Shown here one piece after another: positions 18,935-29,121 of a stretch of 64,000 nt of DNA; the stretch's first letter is position 1; every line of letters begins with the position of its first letter. The translations under genes and the position numbers were made by a program. The stretch comes from an uncultured Nitrososphaerales archaeon (GTDB taxonomy: Archaea > Thermoproteota > Nitrososphaeria > Nitrososphaerales > Gagatemarchaeaceae): the NCBI GenBank assembly GCA_963706445.1, contig OY970160.1:96001-160000 (forward strand). The letters run 5' to 3'. Under the pieces are notes generated by a model. It did no database searches. It saw nothing but the letters and a program-made list of their open reading frames with translations, and was not told the DNA's origin.

Positions 18935-19822
18935 TTGGTGTACGTCTCCATCGCCACCGGCCTGACGACGGCCTTCTGCTGGGGAACAGCCGACTACTTG
19001 TCCAGAAGCCAGTCGGAGAGGGTCGGATACTACAGGACCATTGTCTACTCCCACACGGTCACTCTAATCACAATCCTCGCGCTCGTGCCCTTCATCAGCC
19101 CAAGCATCACATTTCCAACCTTTCCTGTCCTTGCGCTATTCGCCGCGGGACTCGTCAACTTCGTCGCCTTCGTCTTCCTCTACCGCGCCTTCCATAGGGG
19201 CGTGGTCTCGGTGGTCGCCCCCATCGTCTACACCTACCCGGCCGTCACCGCCGTTCTCGCCGTCGTCATCCTGGGGGCCTCTCTCTCGTCAGTCCAAGTG
19301 GTCGCCATCGCAGGGATCATCCTTGGAGTAGTCCTGCTGTCGACCCGGTTCTCAGAGCTCCGGTCCTATCTGCGCAGGACTGGATCCCCAAATCTGACAA
19401 GAGGCGTCGGTCTAGCTATCAGCGCATCGCTCTTATTCGGCTTGGTCTACATAGGCGTCGGATACGCGGCGCCATCTGTCAGCGTCGTCCTTCCCGTCAT
19501 TTTCCTTCGGATCATCGCGATACTTGCGGGCTTCCTGCTAGCTCCGGTCATGAAGCAGGAAGTCAGACCAACCCGGGGCGTGTTCTCTGCGAAGATGGTC
19601 GCCATGGGGGTCCTCGAGGCCTTCGGATTCCTCGCCTTCACCTACGGGATAGCAGCCGCCGGGGGCGCCCTTCCCATCGTGACAGCGCTCTCTGGCATGG
19701 GAGGTGCAGTGGCAGCCAGCTATGGGATTGCATTCCTCAAGGAGCGGCTCGAGATGAACCAGGTTGTGGGGATCATCCTTTCGCTACTCGGAGTCTTCAC
19801 ACTGCTGTACTTCGGGGGATAA
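18935..19822 (+). CDS. EamA/DMT family transporter
   Basis: two EamA repeats, G.VSVVAPI, ~10 TM helices. Confidence 0.88.
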   Translation: MVYVSIATGLTTAFCWGTADYLSRSQSERVGYYRTIVYSHTVTLITILALVPFISPSITFPTFPVLALFAAGLVNFVAFVFLYRAFHRGVVSVVAPIVYTYPAVTAVLAVVILGASLSSVQVVAIAGIILGVVLLSTRFSELRSYLRRTGSPNLTRGVGLAISASLLFGLVYIGVGYAAPSVSVVLPVIFLRIIAILAGFLLAPVMKQEVRPTRGVFSAKMVAMGVLEAFGFLAFTYGIAAAGGALPIVTALSGMGGAVAASYGIAFLKERLEMNQVVGIILSLLGVFTLLYFGG

Positions 19823-19827
19823 GGTCG

Positions 19828-20148
19828 GTGGACTACTTCACCGCGGTCCAGGAAGGGAAGAAGAGGGTCAACGAGGCCATAGTCGTCCTGCAGGGAATCG
19901 CCGGGCAGTGCTACCCCATGCTCTTCCTGAAGCTCGGCATCACTGACTGGACTCCGGTTGGCAAGGAGATGATGCAGAAGGTCGTCCCTGGGAAGAACAA
20001 CACAGCCGCCCTGGTCATCTGCGACGCCGAGGGCAACTCGAAGACTATGAGCGCATGGGTACAAGCATCAAAAGCTGACGAGTACTCGCGAGAACTTGAG
20101 CGGAAGGGAGTCCCAGTTTTTCCGGGAGAGATCAAACTCCCAATTTGA
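19828..20148 (+). CDS. hypothetical protein
   Basis: 106-aa ORF closely following the EamA gene, typical codon usage. Confidence 0.6.
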   Translation: MDYFTAVQEGKKRVNEAIVVLQGIAGQCYPMLFLKLGITDWTPVGKEMMQKVVPGKNNTAALVICDAEGNSKTMSAWVQASKADEYSRELERKGVPVFPGEIKLPI

Positions 20149-20279
20149 ACCTCCACTTTATTAACAGGCATGGGTTCAGAGAACCTGCGTCCTACCTGCA
20201 GCCGGCTCCGACGAACTCTAATCAGCTCGACGAAGCCCAGTCTGTGCTCGTCTGACGCGGGAAAATTGGGGGTGAACGA

Positions 20280-20456
20280 ATGGCAAGATGTTCGGTATGT
20301 AAGGGCCACGCGGTAGCGACGTGCGCAGAATGCGGGGCGATTGTTTGCATGTCACACTCAACGACTATCTTCGACGAAGCCAGTAGGGCGATGAAGACCT
20401 ACTGCGGCAACTGCACTGCGAAGAGGATGCCGCTCTGGGTCGCGCGCAGAAGGTAG
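20280..20456 (+). CDS. 58-aa double zinc-finger microprotein (not in ORF track)
   Basis: MARCSVCKGHAVATCAECGAIVCMSH...YCGNCTAKR; GGGGTGA SD-like motif upstream. Confidence 0.75.
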   Translation: MARCSVCKGHAVATCAECGAIVCMSHSTTIFDEASRAMKTYCGNCTAKRMPLWVARRR

Positions 20457-20464
20457 GCGCTTAG

Positions 20465-20821
20465 GTGGCCGGAGTGCCAGCGATAACCGGAATAGTCGAC
20501 GTGGCCATCGTGGTCTCCGACGCAAAGCGGAGTCTTGACTGGTACACGAAGGTCCTCGGCCTAGAACAGAGGGACACCGAGGGGCACTGGATTACGGTCG
20601 CGCCGAAGGGTTCCGTCACCGTCCTGCACCTATGCGAGGGCGAGCCCATCGAGAAAGGCAACACAGGAATCGCCCTTAGGACGAAGGACCTCGACAAGAC
20701 CTACAAAGAACTCAAAGCGAAAGGGGTTAAGTTCCCTCACCCTCCCAAAGACGACGGTTGGGGCTCGTATGCACAGTTCGAGGACCCAGACGGCAATGTC
20801 ATTTGGCTAAATCCCGAGTAG
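20465..20821 (+). CDS. VOC/glyoxalase family protein
   Basis: WYTKVLG, KGVKF..PP....WG..AQFEDPDGN. Confidence 0.9.
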   Translation: MAGVPAITGIVDVAIVVSDAKRSLDWYTKVLGLEQRDTEGHWITVAPKGSVTVLHLCEGEPIEKGNTGIALRTKDLDKTYKELKAKGVKFPHPPKDDGWGSYAQFEDPDGNVIWLNPE

Positions 20822-20842
20822 ATTCCTGGGCACCGTCCCGAG

Positions 20843-21538
20843 TTACTGGACAGTAAAGTAAAGGCGCCTGTTGCTCTTCCCTTTGTTCTCGGTCTTCAGG
20901 CCGACGACTTTCCCTATCTCTCTGGTGTTCTTCACGTGCACCCCGCCATCTGCTTGAGTGTCGACGTCTCCGATCTCTACTATCCTGAGCACCTCCAAAG
21001 AGGGTGGCATTGCGTTGGCGAGTTTCACGAACCCCGGTGTGGCGAGGGCCTCCTCTCTATTCATGAAGTAGGTGTTCACATCCAGCGCCCTACCGACGGC
21101 CTCGTTCACCTTGTCGATGTAGTATGTCATCTTTCCCCTGTCGAAATCGTCGAGGTTGAAGTCGACCCGCGACTCGTCCGGACTGATTTGGTTTCCGGTG
21201 ATGAGTGCCCCAGTCTCTTTGTTCACGACGGAGCTGAGAATGTGGGCGGAGGTGTGCATCCTCATTATCCTGAACCTCTTGTCCCAGTCTAGGACCCCAT
21301 GGACGATTGCGCCGGGCCCGAACCCCGGAGGCGCAGCTAACACGTGGATTATCTCCTCTCCCTCCTTGACTACCTCCAGGACTCGGAGATCCCCGAGCGT
21401 TCCGGTGTCGGATACCAGGCCCCCGCCTCTTGGATTGAACGCAGTTTCATCGAGGACGACCCTTGTCCCGTCGACAGACTCCACTTTGGCTTCGAACACC
21501 TTGAGATACATGTCCTCCCAGAAAAGGCGTTTCGTCAT
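20843..21538 (-). CDS. alaXM: alanyl-tRNA editing protein AlaX-M
   Basis: MRMHTSAH and QADGGVHV zinc motifs, NPRGGG..SD.G. Confidence 0.9.
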   Translation of the reverse strand: MTKRLFWEDMYLKVFEAKVESVDGTRVVLDETAFNPRGGGLVSDTGTLGDLRVLEVVKEGEEIIHVLAAPPGFGPGAIVHGVLDWDKRFRIMRMHTSAHILSSVVNKETGALITGNQISPDESRVDFNLDDFDRGKMTYYIDKVNEAVGRALDVNTYFMNREEALATPGFVKLANAMPPSLEVLRIVEIGDVDTQADGGVHVKNTREIGKVVGLKTENKGKSNRRLYFTVQ

Positions 21539-21601
21539 GAAGTTCGCCAAAGGATATTCGTACTCGCGCTAGTTAAGGATGAGAAGCAGGTCACCCCACC
21601 T

Positions 21602-22933
21602 TCAGAACTTCGTTATCTTCATCTGGGACAACTCCCTCGAAATCAGGACGCTCTCCCTGGTCCACTTCGATTTCGATATCGTCAGCTTGGCAAGCGCCGA
21701 GTCGATTGCTCCTCTGAACGTCTCATGCCTTTCGTATGGCTTTCTCAGAAGCTCCCTGATGCTCTCTCTGACATTCCAGACCCCAAGGGGCATGATGAAC
21801 CCAGGGTATGTCTCCCTCAGGACGATGGCAGCCGCCTGCCTCCTCTCCCTTTCCAGCGCCTCGGCCACTGCCAGCCTAGTGGAGTAGTAACACCCGCCTA
21901 CCCTGGCATACTTCGTCCGGCCGAAGTACTCCTCGTAGTCCCCTATCATGTACGGGGTGGTGGTGAACTGGTTCCAAGTCGTGTTGGGGAACCAAGCCTC
22001 AATCCACTCGAACCTCCACGGCTCAGGAAGGAGTATTGCCACATACTGGTTGTCGTAGACATTGAAGCCGTAGACTCTGTACTCGTCTATGGTGGGCCTG
22101 TGTTTGATCTTCTCTATGAGACTGAGGCTGATGGAGCTGTCGACCGCGGTGATGCTCCAGCGCGTCGGGACTATCTTCCTCCTTGGCCCCACCCCGAACA
22201 TCCCTAGGGAGAACGCCTTCTGAATCCGCGTGACAAGAACCCCCTTCCTGTAGAGGTCGTCTACCGCGCCCGCCGCGCCAAGGTCCCGGTCGTAGTATGC
22301 TGTCTCGACCCTTCTGTCGACCGAAGGGTTGTCAATCTTGAAACGGTCGAGGGGCCCCGACGGACCGTAGGGCTGCGTGTCCTCGCTCAGGGTGAGTATC
22401 CTCCTCGGCGCCTTCGTCAGCTTCAGCTCCGTGTCCACGGGCCTCGCCGCCATCGCCAACTCCTGGAGCGAAGTGAGCAGCCTGCCAGGCTCCCTGGCGT
22501 CTTCGACGCTCGCCCTGGAGTTCCCCCTGACCAGGGAGTAGCGGTAGTCGACTATCTCCTCTATGGGCCTCCCGAGCCATTCCTCTGGGGTGTCGAGGAT
22601 GGTGGTATCCCCGAACCACGGCGGGACCATCGGACCGATCGAAACCTTGGGGTAGCCCAACCTCCCGACGAAGACCCCCGGCGGGGACGAACCCAGGATT
22701 TCATTTGTCGCAATCGAGGGCCCCTGCTTCGCCATCGCCTGGGCCTTCACTATGATGGGGCACCTCGGCTTCCCGCAGAGCAGCTTGGCCCCCCGGCACT
22801 GAAGGCACATCCAGGCCGGCGGGCTCTCCACCACTTCGATGGATTTCGCCACGTCGTCCTCGAGGCCCGTGACAGAGGCCGCCATCACGTTCGAGAGCCA
22901 AGTGATACGACGGGGCATCGGATGTCTGCGCAC
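21602..22933 (-). CDS. nreA: Nre DNA repair protein
   Basis: CLQCRG...CGKPRCP, GSSPPGVFVG, IVPTRWSITAVD, PIP-like QMKITKF tail; start uncertain. Confidence 0.9.
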   Translation of the reverse strand: MRRHPMPRRITWLSNVMAASVTGLEDDVAKSIEVVESPPAWMCLQCRGAKLLCGKPRCPIIVKAQAMAKQGPSIATNEILGSSPPGVFVGRLGYPKVSIGPMVPPWFGDTTILDTPEEWLGRPIEEIVDYRYSLVRGNSRASVEDAREPGRLLTSLQELAMAARPVDTELKLTKAPRRILTLSEDTQPYGPSGPLDRFKIDNPSVDRRVETAYYDRDLGAAGAVDDLYRKGVLVTRIQKAFSLGMFGVGPRRKIVPTRWSITAVDSSISLSLIEKIKHRPTIDEYRVYGFNVYDNQYVAILLPEPWRFEWIEAWFPNTTWNQFTTTPYMIGDYEEYFGRTKYARVGGCYYSTRLAVAEALERERRQAAAIVLRETYPGFIMPLGVWNVRESIRELLRKPYERHETFRGAIDSALAKLTISKSKWTRESVLISRELSQMKITKF

Positions 22934-23001
22934 CTGTCTGCTTTCTTAAATCCCGTGGTGGGCACACATCAAAATATACCACAGAATCTTCGGCCGTCCC
23001 G

Positions 23002-24255
23002 ATGCCGAAGTTCGCCCACCTATCTGACATCCATATCGGCGCCTTCCGGCAACCTGAGCTGAAGGGTCTCCTCCTCGACGCCTTCGACGGGGCCATCGAC
23101 AGGTGCGTCAGGGAGAAGGTCGAGTTCGTGGTCCTCGCCGGGGACATCTTCGACTCTAACATCCCTGACCTCGCGTCAGTCAGGCGCGCCGCGGCGAAGA
23201 TGAAGGAGGCTGCCGACGCCGGGGTGAGGTTCTACGCTATCTACGGATCTCACGACTTCAGCCCCAACTATTCTTCCATCGTCGACGTCCTAGACGGGGC
23301 AGGGCTCTTCACCAAAGTCGAGGTCATGTCAAAGGCCGACGGGAAGACCAAGCTCTCCTTCCTCCATGACCCCTCCGGGACAAAGCTCTGCGGCATCTCG
23401 GGGAGGAAGCTCTCCATCGACCGGGACGAGTACGCCGTACTTGACAAGGAGGCGCTGGAGAAGGAGCCGGGGTTCAAAATATTCGTCTTCCATGGCGCCC
23501 TCGACGAGACCAAGCCTGCCTCACTGGCGCAGATGGAATCGATGCCGGCCGCCAATCTCCCCTCGGGGTTCTCCTACTATGCCGGCGGGCACGTCCATTC
23601 CCACACCCTCGCATCCCTCCCCGGGCGACCCAACGTCGCCTACCCTGGTCCTCTCTTCGCCACAGATTACACCGAGCTCCTAGAGCTGGCCCACGGCTCT
23701 CAGAGGGGGTTCTACCTTGTCGACTTCGCCGAACGGGGTGTCAACCGCGTGGAGTTCGTTCCTGTGAATGTCTGCGACATCGTCGAACTATCTTATTCTG
23801 CCGAGGGAAAGACCTCCGGGGAGGCTTCTGAGGGGCTAGTGCGCCTCGCCGCTTCGGCGGAGCTCGGCGGGAAGGTCGCCCTTCTGACGGTCGAGGGGAG
23901 GCTGTCGGCGGGGAAGACATCTGACATCGACTTCTTCGCCATCAGGAAACGCCTCCAGTCCTCCCACCCCCTGATAGTTCTCTCCAATTACAGCCGCCTC
24001 TCCTCCCCCGAGCAAGCGGCTGGGGCCTCCTCCCCCAGGCCGGTCCATGTCACAGAGCGAGAGGTCTTCCAGCGGGAGATCGCCCGGGCGAGGCCCGAGG
24101 AGGTGAAGCTCCGCGGAGAGCGGGGAGTCGACCTCGCTCTCGCCCTCCTAAAGACCCTCAAGGAGGGGAGGAAGGAGAACGAGCTCAAAGGGGACTTCGA
24201 GGATAGGACCTCGCGGGCCGGGCTGGGCGTTCTGGGGCTGGAGGCGGAAGACTGA
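23002..24255 (+). CDS. mre11: Mre11/SbcD nuclease
   Basis: HLSDIHIG, AGDIFD, GSHD, GGHVH, YPG. Confidence 0.85.
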   Translation: MPKFAHLSDIHIGAFRQPELKGLLLDAFDGAIDRCVREKVEFVVLAGDIFDSNIPDLASVRRAAAKMKEAADAGVRFYAIYGSHDFSPNYSSIVDVLDGAGLFTKVEVMSKADGKTKLSFLHDPSGTKLCGISGRKLSIDRDEYAVLDKEALEKEPGFKIFVFHGALDETKPASLAQMESMPAANLPSGFSYYAGGHVHSHTLASLPGRPNVAYPGPLFATDYTELLELAHGSQRGFYLVDFAERGVNRVEFVPVNVCDIVELSYSAEGKTSGEASEGLVRLAASAELGGKVALLTVEGRLSAGKTSDIDFFAIRKRLQSSHPLIVLSNYSRLSSPEQAAGASSPRPVHVTEREVFQREIARARPEEVKLRGERGVDLALALLKTLKEGRKENELKGDFEDRTSRAGLGVLGLEAED

Positions 24256-26288
24256 TGCTGCTGAAGGGCCTCACGCTGCGGAACATCAGGAGCTACAACG
24301 ACGGCGCGCAGGTCCACGTGGAACTCCCCGAGGGGGTGGTCCTGTTCGAAGGGGATATCGGGTCGGGGAAGTCGACTCTCCTTTACGCCGTGGAGTTCGG
24401 CCTCTTCGGGCTCAGCGACATGAAAGGGGTCCACCTCCTCAGCGAAGGGCGGAAGGAAGGGGGAGTGACTGTTGTATTCGAAGCAGGGGGTATGGAATAT
24501 ACCATCGAACGCAAGCTCAAGGCGAAGGGGGAAGACGTAGTCCAGGACGAATGTTACATCTCCTCCGGCGGGGAGAGGACGCGCCTATCTCCCAGCGACC
24601 TGAAGGAGAGGGTTGTGGGGATCCTCGGCTTCAACGAGCCGACGCACCCCAAGGCGGAAAGCATGGTCTACAGGTACGCAGTCTTCACCCCCCAGGAACA
24701 GATGAAGGAAATACTCGTCCAGAACGCCGATCAGCGCCTCCACGTCATACGCCGGGTCCTTGGGGCTCAGAGCTACCAGGTCGCAGCTGAGAACTCCGAG
24801 CTGGTCGAGAAGAGAATCAAGGTTTCCTCCTACGGCCTTCGGAAGGCGAGCGAGGATGTGAATGAGAAGGAGAACCAACTGAAGTCGCTCACTTCCACTG
24901 CGTCCGCCCTCCAAGAGGAGGTCCCCCGCCTGAAGGAGAAGGAAAGGGTAGCAACGGCGGCCGTGAGGGAATTTGAGGCCGAATGGAAAGAGTCTCTTGG
25001 CGAACGGGAGGGACTTAGGAAGATCGAAGGAAGAATCCCGCTACTCAGGCAGGACGCCGCCGACCTCCAGCAAGAGGTGCTCGAGGAAGAGGACTCCCTC
25101 CGACGCCTCGAAACGCAGCTCGACGAAGAGATCAACCCGTTGATCGCCCGTTTCGAGGCCAGGGCCAAGCCCCCCTCGTCTTCAAGGAAGCTGCAGGAGG
25201 AGCTCGACGGCCAGAAAGGAGAACTCGCGCGGCTTTCTGAATCGAGGAGGTCCCACGAATCGGACCTCGCAAGGGACAGGGAACTCCTAGCAGAAGGTGT
25301 CTGCCCCCTCTGCGGCCAAAAGATTTCGGGGGACCTCCCAGCGAGAGCAGAGCACTCGAAGCGAGAGCTCACTAAGCTCGACGTCGCCATTGTAAAGACG
25401 TCCCAGGCCGTCGAGGTCCTTTCAGCCGAAGTCGAGGCCGCCAGGTCCTATGAGGATGAGGAGGGAGAGTACCGAAGGGCCGCCAAGGATAGAGGAAGGG
25501 TAGACAAGGAAATCAAGGGCCTCCGGGCCAAGCTCCAGCAGTCGAACGCGAGGCTCTCCATCAAGAGAGGGGAGCTCGCCGAAGCGACCTCCCGAGCAAT
25601 CGAGGTCCAAGGGATGACCGCCAAGATATCCGCGTTGGAGTCGATGCTAAGGCAAGCTAGAGAGGTGGACAAGCAGGCAGGACTCGACGTGAAGCGGGCG
25701 ACAACGGAGCTGGCCGACGTCTCCCGTGAAACCGAGGGTCTCACTTCGGAGGTCAGCAAGAAGCATGAGGACCTGGGGAAGGCGAAGCGCTTGGAGGGGT
25801 ACCAAGGGTGGCTCTCCACATTCTTCCGCCCGTCGGTGGAGGAAATTGAGAGGCAGACCCTCTCGCAGGCAGCAGCCAGGTTCAACGAGCACTTCCAGAG
25901 ATTCTTCGTCTCTCTCGTGGACGACCCGGAAATGGTGGTCAAGGTCAAGGAGGACTTCTCCCCACTCTTCGAAAGGCAGGGGTTCGAGCAGGACTTCGAT
26001 GCCCTCAGCGGTGGGGAAAGAACCAGCATGGCCCTCGCCTACAGGTTCGCTTTGAACTCCGTGGTCAGGGAGTCCGCGTCGGCGAAGCCAGAACTCGTGA
26101 TCCTCGATGAGCCGACCGACGGCTTCAGCAAGGAGCAGATCTACAGGATGAGGGGGCTTCTCGAAGAGCTCGCCTCCAGGCAGGTGATACTGGTCTCGCA
26201 CGAGAAGGAGCTCGAATCAATGGCGGACCACGTCTTCAGGGTCGAGAAGAGGGACGGCACATCGAAGGTTGTCCAGGTCGGAGGCTAA
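24255..26288 (+). CDS. rad50: Rad50/SbcC ATPase
   Basis: Walker A GDIGSGKS, CPLCG zinc hook, LSGGE signature, LDEPT, SH. Confidence 0.88.
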   Translation: MLLKGLTLRNIRSYNDGAQVHVELPEGVVLFEGDIGSGKSTLLYAVEFGLFGLSDMKGVHLLSEGRKEGGVTVVFEAGGMEYTIERKLKAKGEDVVQDECYISSGGERTRLSPSDLKERVVGILGFNEPTHPKAESMVYRYAVFTPQEQMKEILVQNADQRLHVIRRVLGAQSYQVAAENSELVEKRIKVSSYGLRKASEDVNEKENQLKSLTSTASALQEEVPRLKEKERVATAAVREFEAEWKESLGEREGLRKIEGRIPLLRQDAADLQQEVLEEEDSLRRLETQLDEEINPLIARFEARAKPPSSSRKLQEELDGQKGELARLSESRRSHESDLARDRELLAEGVCPLCGQKISGDLPARAEHSKRELTKLDVAIVKTSQAVEVLSAEVEAARSYEDEEGEYRRAAKDRGRVDKEIKGLRAKLQQSNARLSIKRGELAEATSRAIEVQGMTAKISALESMLRQAREVDKQAGLDVKRATTELADVSRETEGLTSEVSKKHEDLGKAKRLEGYQGWLSTFFRPSVEEIERQTLSQAAARFNEHFQRFFVSLVDDPEMVVKVKEDFSPLFERQGFEQDFDALSGGERTSMALAYRFALNSVVRESASAKPELVILDEPTDGFSKEQIYRMRGLLEELASRQVILVSHEKELESMADHVFRVEKRDGTSKVVQVGG

Positions 26289-26350
26289 TGCCTAATCCAT
26301 ACGGCACAAGGAAGTAATACTACACCGGTTCCCCGCTCAGCAGAGGAGAA

Positions 26351-29083
26351 ATGGACGGCATCGACCGGATGTTCAACCCCCGGGCCGTCGCTCTGATCGG
26401 GGCCACGGACAAGGAGGGGACAGTCGGCGACGCCACCCTGAAGAACCTCCTCGTGGGCAAAGGGAAGCACACCGTCTACCCAGTGAACCCGAGCCACGAC
26501 TCGGTGGCCGGGTTGAAATGCTATCCGAACATCGCTTCAATCCCCGAGCACATCGACCTGGCGGTCATCGCCACCCCCGCGAAGTCAGTCCCCGGGGTCG
26601 TGGAGGAGTGCGGGAAGGCAGGGGTCGATGGCGTCGTGATAATCTCAGCCGGCTTCAGGGAGATAGGGGCCGAAGGTGCCAAGCTCGAAGCCGAGATCCG
26701 AAGGATCAGGGCGAAGTACGGCCTCCGGCTCCTGGGGCCCAACTGCGTCGGCTTCGCCAGGCCTTCAATTCACCTGAATGCCACATTCCTCAGGGACAGC
26801 CCTGAGCTGGGTTCGATCGCATTTATCTCCCAGAGCGGGGCCCTGGGTTCTGCCATACTCGACTGGGCAACGACGTCCCACGTGGGCTTCAGCCTCTTCG
26901 CCTCCATGGGGTCCATGCTCGACCTCGACTTCGGTGACCTCATCGACTTCCTCGGGACAGACCCGTCGACCCGCAGCATCATCGTCTACGTCGAAGGCAT
27001 AGGGGACGCGAAGAAGTTCATGAGCGCCGCCAGGGGGTTCGCCCGATCCAAGCCCATCGTCGTCCTGAAGGCAGGCAAGTACACCACGGGGGCCAAGGCG
27101 GTCCAGTCCCACACTGGCGCCCTCGCAGGGGACTTCGAGGTATACGACGCCGCCTTCAGGCGCGTCGGCGTCCTACGGGTCGACGACATCGGGGACCTCT
27201 TCAACTGCGCCAGCGTCTTGGATTCCAAGCGCCTCCCACTCGGACCCAGACTCGCGATAGTCACCAACGCCGGGGGCCCCGGGGTCCTAGCCTCAGACAA
27301 AGTCACCGACCTCGGCGGGGAGCTGGCCAAGCTCTCGGACTCCTCCATGAAGTTCCTCAACGAGCGCCTCCCCCCATACTGGAGCCGAGGGAACCCCGTG
27401 GACGTCCTCGGAGATGCCGACGTCCCCCGCTACGAGGCCGCCCTGTCCGCCTGCCTGGACGATCCTAACGTCGACGGCATACTCGCGATATGCACCCCCC
27501 AGGGGGTCACCCCCGCCACCGACCTGGCATCAGCTGTCGTCAGGCTCTCGAAGGACAGGCAGAAACCTGTCCTGACCGTCTGGATGGGGGAGAAGGGAGT
27601 TGCCGAGGCAAGGAGGAAGTTTGCCGAGAACAGGATCCCGACCTACGCCACCCCAGAGGAGGCCGTTAAGACATACCTCTACATGTACAGGTACAGGCGA
27701 AACCTCGACCAGCTCTACGAGACCCCCGAGGAGCTGCCGGTGGACCTCATGCCTCCGAACACCCACCTCAAGCTCATGGTGAAGAAGGCAATCGCCGACG
27801 GGAAGCTCCTCCTCTCCCAGGCCGAGGCCGACAAGTTCCTGGACGCCTACAACATCCCCAGGCTGGGCGGGGGTTTCGCCAAGACCGGCGAGGAGGCTCT
27901 TATGGTCGCGAGGAGGGTCGGCTACCCCGTCGTCATCAAGGTCGTCTCTCAGGAGATCGTGCACAAGTCCGACGTCGGCGGGGTGGTCACGAACATCATC
28001 AACAGCGAGATGCTCACCCACGAGTTCTCCAAGATGATGGACAGGATCAAGATCCTGAAACCCGAAGCGAAGATCGACGGGGTCTACGTCCAGAAGATGG
28101 TGAAGACGGTCGACTACGAGCTCATACTCGGCTCGAAGAAGGACAGGGACTTCGGGGCTGTCCTCCTCTTCGGCTCAGGGGGGGTCGGAGTGGAGCTCTT
28201 CCGCGACTTCGCCATCGGCCTCCCTCCGATCAACCAGGTCCTTGCCCGCCGGATGATGGAGGAGACAACGATCTACAAGGCCCTCTCGAAGGGCCTTAGG
28301 AACCGGCCCCCCGCGGACCTCAAGGCCCTGGAGGAGACCCTGGTACGATTCTCCGGCATGGTTACCGACTTCCCTGAGATAACAGAGATGGACATCAACC
28401 CCCTTTCGGTCTCCGAGGGGAAGGTCTTCGCCGTCGATGTAAGGATACTCCTCGACTCCCACCCGGTGGACCGCACCACCCCCTACCCGCACATGGTCAT
28501 CATGCCCTACCCGACGAAGTACGTCGTCCCCTGGAAGCTCGAAGACGGGACCGACGTGATGCTCAGGCCCATACGACCCGAGGACGAAGCCATGGAGGCC
28601 GAGTTCATCAACAGCCTCTCCGAGGAAACGAGCCGCTACCGGTTCTTCAACATAGTCAGGGACCTCCCCCACGCAGACCTCGTCCGCTTCTGTAACATCG
28701 ACTACGACAGGGAGATGGCCATAGTCGCAGAGATCACCGAGGGGGGCCGCCGCCGGGAGATAGGGGTGGCCAGGCTCATAGCCGAGCCTGACCGCAGGAG
28801 AGGGGAGTTCGCCGTCGTCATCGGCGACCAGTACCAGTACAAGGGCCTGGGGAGGAAGCTCGTCGACATGCTCATTGACATCGCGGAAGAGAGGAGGATG
28901 GAGTCAATCTTCGGAGTGGTGCTCAAGGACAACTCTCCCATGCTCACCCTATGCAAGGAGATGGGGTTCACCGTCAAGGCCGAGGAGGACTACGCGAGGG
29001 TGGAACTCGCCTTGGACGTCTCCCCGATACCGCAGTCCCAGCCACAAGGTCAAAACGAAACGGCGACCGAGATGGCTCAATAG
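26351..29083 (+). CDS. acyl-CoA synthetase (NDP-forming)-GNAT fusion, Pat-type lysine acetyltransferase
   Basis: GPNCVG, SQSGA, SHTGALAG, HKSDVGGV, IDYDREMA, QYKGLG. Confidence 0.92.
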   Translation: MDGIDRMFNPRAVALIGATDKEGTVGDATLKNLLVGKGKHTVYPVNPSHDSVAGLKCYPNIASIPEHIDLAVIATPAKSVPGVVEECGKAGVDGVVIISAGFREIGAEGAKLEAEIRRIRAKYGLRLLGPNCVGFARPSIHLNATFLRDSPELGSIAFISQSGALGSAILDWATTSHVGFSLFASMGSMLDLDFGDLIDFLGTDPSTRSIIVYVEGIGDAKKFMSAARGFARSKPIVVLKAGKYTTGAKAVQSHTGALAGDFEVYDAAFRRVGVLRVDDIGDLFNCASVLDSKRLPLGPRLAIVTNAGGPGVLASDKVTDLGGELAKLSDSSMKFLNERLPPYWSRGNPVDVLGDADVPRYEAALSACLDDPNVDGILAICTPQGVTPATDLASAVVRLSKDRQKPVLTVWMGEKGVAEARRKFAENRIPTYATPEEAVKTYLYMYRYRRNLDQLYETPEELPVDLMPPNTHLKLMVKKAIADGKLLLSQAEADKFLDAYNIPRLGGGFAKTGEEALMVARRVGYPVVIKVVSQEIVHKSDVGGVVTNIINSEMLTHEFSKMMDRIKILKPEAKIDGVYVQKMVKTVDYELILGSKKDRDFGAVLLFGSGGVGVELFRDFAIGLPPINQVLARRMMEETTIYKALSKGLRNRPPADLKALEETLVRFSGMVTDFPEITEMDINPLSVSEGKVFAVDVRILLDSHPVDRTTPYPHMVIMPYPTKYVVPWKLEDGTDVMLRPIRPEDEAMEAEFINSLSEETSRYRFFNIVRDLPHADLVRFCNIDYDREMAIVAEITEGGRRREIGVARLIAEPDRRRGEFAVVIGDQYQYKGLGRKLVDMLIDIAEERRMESIFGVVLKDNSPMLTLCKEMGFTVKAEEDYARVELALDVSPIPQSQPQGQNETATEMAQ

Positions 29084-29121
29084 ATAGCCCCAGACGGAGG
29101 GTTTTCGCCCCCCGCCCGGGA

